NCBI GenBank assembly: GCA_013265495.1
Contig: MU061668.1
Span: forward strand, 337,208 to 401,207
Source: Vicugna vicugna
Lineage: Eukaryota
Length of the DNA stretch: 64,000 bases
Direction: 5' to 3'
Shown here: one piece after another, positions 61,529 to 64,000 of the stretch
How positions within the stretch are numbered: the stretch's first letter is position 1
Layout of the letters: each line of letters begins with the position of its first letter
The notes under the pieces: model-generated
The model's input: only the letters and a program-made list of their open reading frames with translations
Databases searched by the model: none
What the model was told of the DNA's origin: nothing
Position numbers and translations under genes: made by a program

Positions 61529-64000
61529 TCACACGGGCTCACAGCAGCAGCCCATTGCCTGTGCATCTCCGTCTCCCAGAGACCCCGGGCCCAGGCTCAT
61601 AAGACGCTCCCCCAAACGTTGCCCTGCCCACCCCTCATCGTGAGCCCCCACTGCCCGTCAGGAGTGGGCTGGAGATGTAAAATGCTGGTGCCCAGATAGA
61701 TTTCAGAGAGCATTCATTTCAACTTTGCACCATTTACAAGAAGAAAACAGAAGCTCCTCCTTAGGACACAGCGTCTCAGGGGCCGAGTGAGGATTCACAC
61801 CCTGGATTCCGTATTTCCCGTCCAGGACACTTGCCTCTGCAGCTTCCGTAATAAAAGAGCATCCCATGGGGTCTCCCGCGACCCACAGGCCAGGGGTTGG
61901 CGGTCTGTGAAACGGCTGATCTCCAAATGAAGCTCTTACCGAGAAGCCCTTGTGTGAACTCCCAGAGCCTCAGCACCTGGGAACGGGCCGCAGAGGCCAC
62001 CACGTCCTCCGTGTGACTCTCTGGGTCTCCCTCATGGCCACCTTCATCTCCACCTCCGCTGGGTCTGAAGTAGAGCCCCGGCCAAATGTCTGAGCAGAAC
62101 GTCCGAGCGCCTGCTTTGCAGCCTTTCACTGACAAAGGCCTCCCTTTAAGTCTTCCCTCTCTCCACCTCCTTCCGGGGACCCCACCTATAGGACTCTCTC
62201 CCCAGACACAGTGTAGCAAAATCACTGTGTCTTGCAGTAGAGGGACTTGCAGTCACTTGTCGTACTGCTTAAGCGTGCATCTCAACTGGTCTGGGGGCTG
62301 CACAGGAGGAGGTGAGCCATGGGGTCAGTGGGTGGGCCCCGCGGCTACCTCCCGTCTCCCCCGGCCCTGGCTTTGCTGCCTGTGGTCTGTGGTCTTATGT
62401 TCACTGGGGGCGGGGGTGGGAGTCGGGTACAGTGAACCGTTCAGTGCTGGCAAAGCCACGATTTCAATATCAAAAAGCTCTGGGGAAGAACCAGATGGAG
62501 ACAACCACACAACCCCAGCACAGCCAGGCTAAACGCCTTCAAAGGCTGCCCAGAGGGAGCCCAAATCCTCAGCACACGATGCGGTCCCCACCATGGCTCC
62601 GATGTCACAAGCCACCCACCCCCACGGCCGGCACGCGCTAGCCGGCTGGCACCTGCCTGCCCGCCTCAGGGCCGCACAGCCCCTCTCAGAGACTGGGGGC
62701 GCCTCCTCCCGCTGCCTCACACTCACCCTCTAGACACATCCAAGTGTCCCCCTCGGCTAAGTCTCCCCTGACGCAGGACGGTCAGGACCTTCACCCCCTC
62801 TGCTCGCTTCTCCTGGACCTGTCACTCCGTTCTGATGCAGACCTTCCTGCGCATCCTTTCCCTGCAGGCTGTCCTCTCCCCTCCCGCAGCCTCAGGACCG
62901 AGCAAGCACCTGGCACAGACTCGCCCCCGACACGATGGGGAGAGTATGCTGAGCAGACTGAGATCCAGGGCACAGCTCTGAGTCGCCAGTTAACGCAGAG
63001 AGGCTGGACGCTGCAGCCTGCTCAGCTCCAGTCTTGGCTTTGACAAGACCTGGGAATCCTGAAAGAAGTCTGCAGGCCCCAGGTACCCTCATCTCTTTGG
63101 GAAGTGCTGATTCTGGTCCAACGCCTTCAATGTACGTATGGGAACCCAGCCTTGCAGGGTGGCGCTGGGGAGGGAACACAGTGCCTGAGCCTCCAGCTTA
63201 GGGCTTTCTCCCACACTTGGCCACTTCCCAGAGCTGGAGGCCACCAGCAGCCAGAGAGGAACTGTCGGGCAGGGGAGGCTGTGGGGGCCTGGCAGGAAGA
63301 TGCTGGGGCCGAGAGGCCCTCGCTCACAGTTGGTCGGGGACACGGAGGGCTGGCAGCTTGGCCGGGCTGAGAATTTGGCCAGGATCACTGGGCTCGAGGG
63401 CACACCAACACAGGTGAAGGGTGCCTGGCTTATTCCACACAACGACTCAAGTCGGTTATAAAGATCCCAGAGTGGAAGTCATGCGGGCGCTTTGAGAAGA
63501 CGGTGGCGGGACCTGAGCCTTGGCTACGCCAGCCTGGTATCGAACACACTGAGGACTGAGGGCTGGGGGCCACCAGGCCTCCAGCTTTGTGGAGGACGAG
63601 TCACTGGGCTTACTACACGTCCCCCAGAGAGAAGCCACTTAAAAATTACAGAAAGAAGCTTCCTCTGAGAACACGGTCCGAGGCCCCGATCTGACTCTCC
63701 TGCAGAAGCTCCTGACGCGGGGAGCGGCCCTGACGGTGCGGAGAAATCACAGGCCGCTGCGCCGACCGTGGACAGACCCACGCAGGGCGCTCAGGAGGCG
63801 TTCTCGCTTCCTTCTCTCCTTCCAAAGAGCCATTTTGCACATTTTAAACAAAAAGATGACTGGCGGCAGGGAAATCAATTCCACTTTCACTGGATTCTCC
63901 GGCAGCTAGACGTCAGGCCGCCTTCCGGGTGGTGGAGCAGAGGGGTCACCCATGGAGGGGCTGCTGTCCCCACACATCAGCCCCCTCGGGCCCACTGGAC

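Noticed and set aside
63456-63638. Peptide VRYQAGVAKAQ loosely resembling the next upstream NUP210 exon (VAYQEARGVAM)
   Set aside because: The rest of the expected exon is absent and splice borders do not fit; the true exon probably lies beyond 64000.

Overview
Mammalian, GC-rich genomic DNA, most likely camelid: a Vic-1-like tRNA-derived SINE lies at ~7807-7925 and there are artiodactyl-type L1 3' ends. The only supported protein-coding gene is the 3' half of NUP210 (nucleoporin gp210) on the minus strand. I traced 20 coding exons between 61504 and 35665, all with GT-AG borders and consistent phases. They total 2829 nt (942 aa plus stop) and correspond to exons 21-40 if the 40-exon human structure holds. 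A ~1.3 kb 3'UTR ends at a poly(A) signal at 34384-34389. A CpG island at ~14.5-16.3 kb, interrupted by a 582-nt N gap, is by synteny probably the distal promoter and first exon of IQSEC1; 1-15.1 kb would then be IQSEC1 intron 1. The rest is intronic or intergenic DNA with L1, L2, MIR, MLT1, Tigger and hAT remnants. Nearly all other six-frame ORFs are explained by high GC content. I found no convincing novel biological system. The best leads are two possible NUP210 isoforms (in-frame retention of a 78-nt intron, and a transmembrane-less intronic-polyadenylation form), an intact MER53 hairpin, a short candidate retroposed insert inside an L1, and three near-identical 88-112 bp local duplications. 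All homology calls are from memory of the families; no database search was run.
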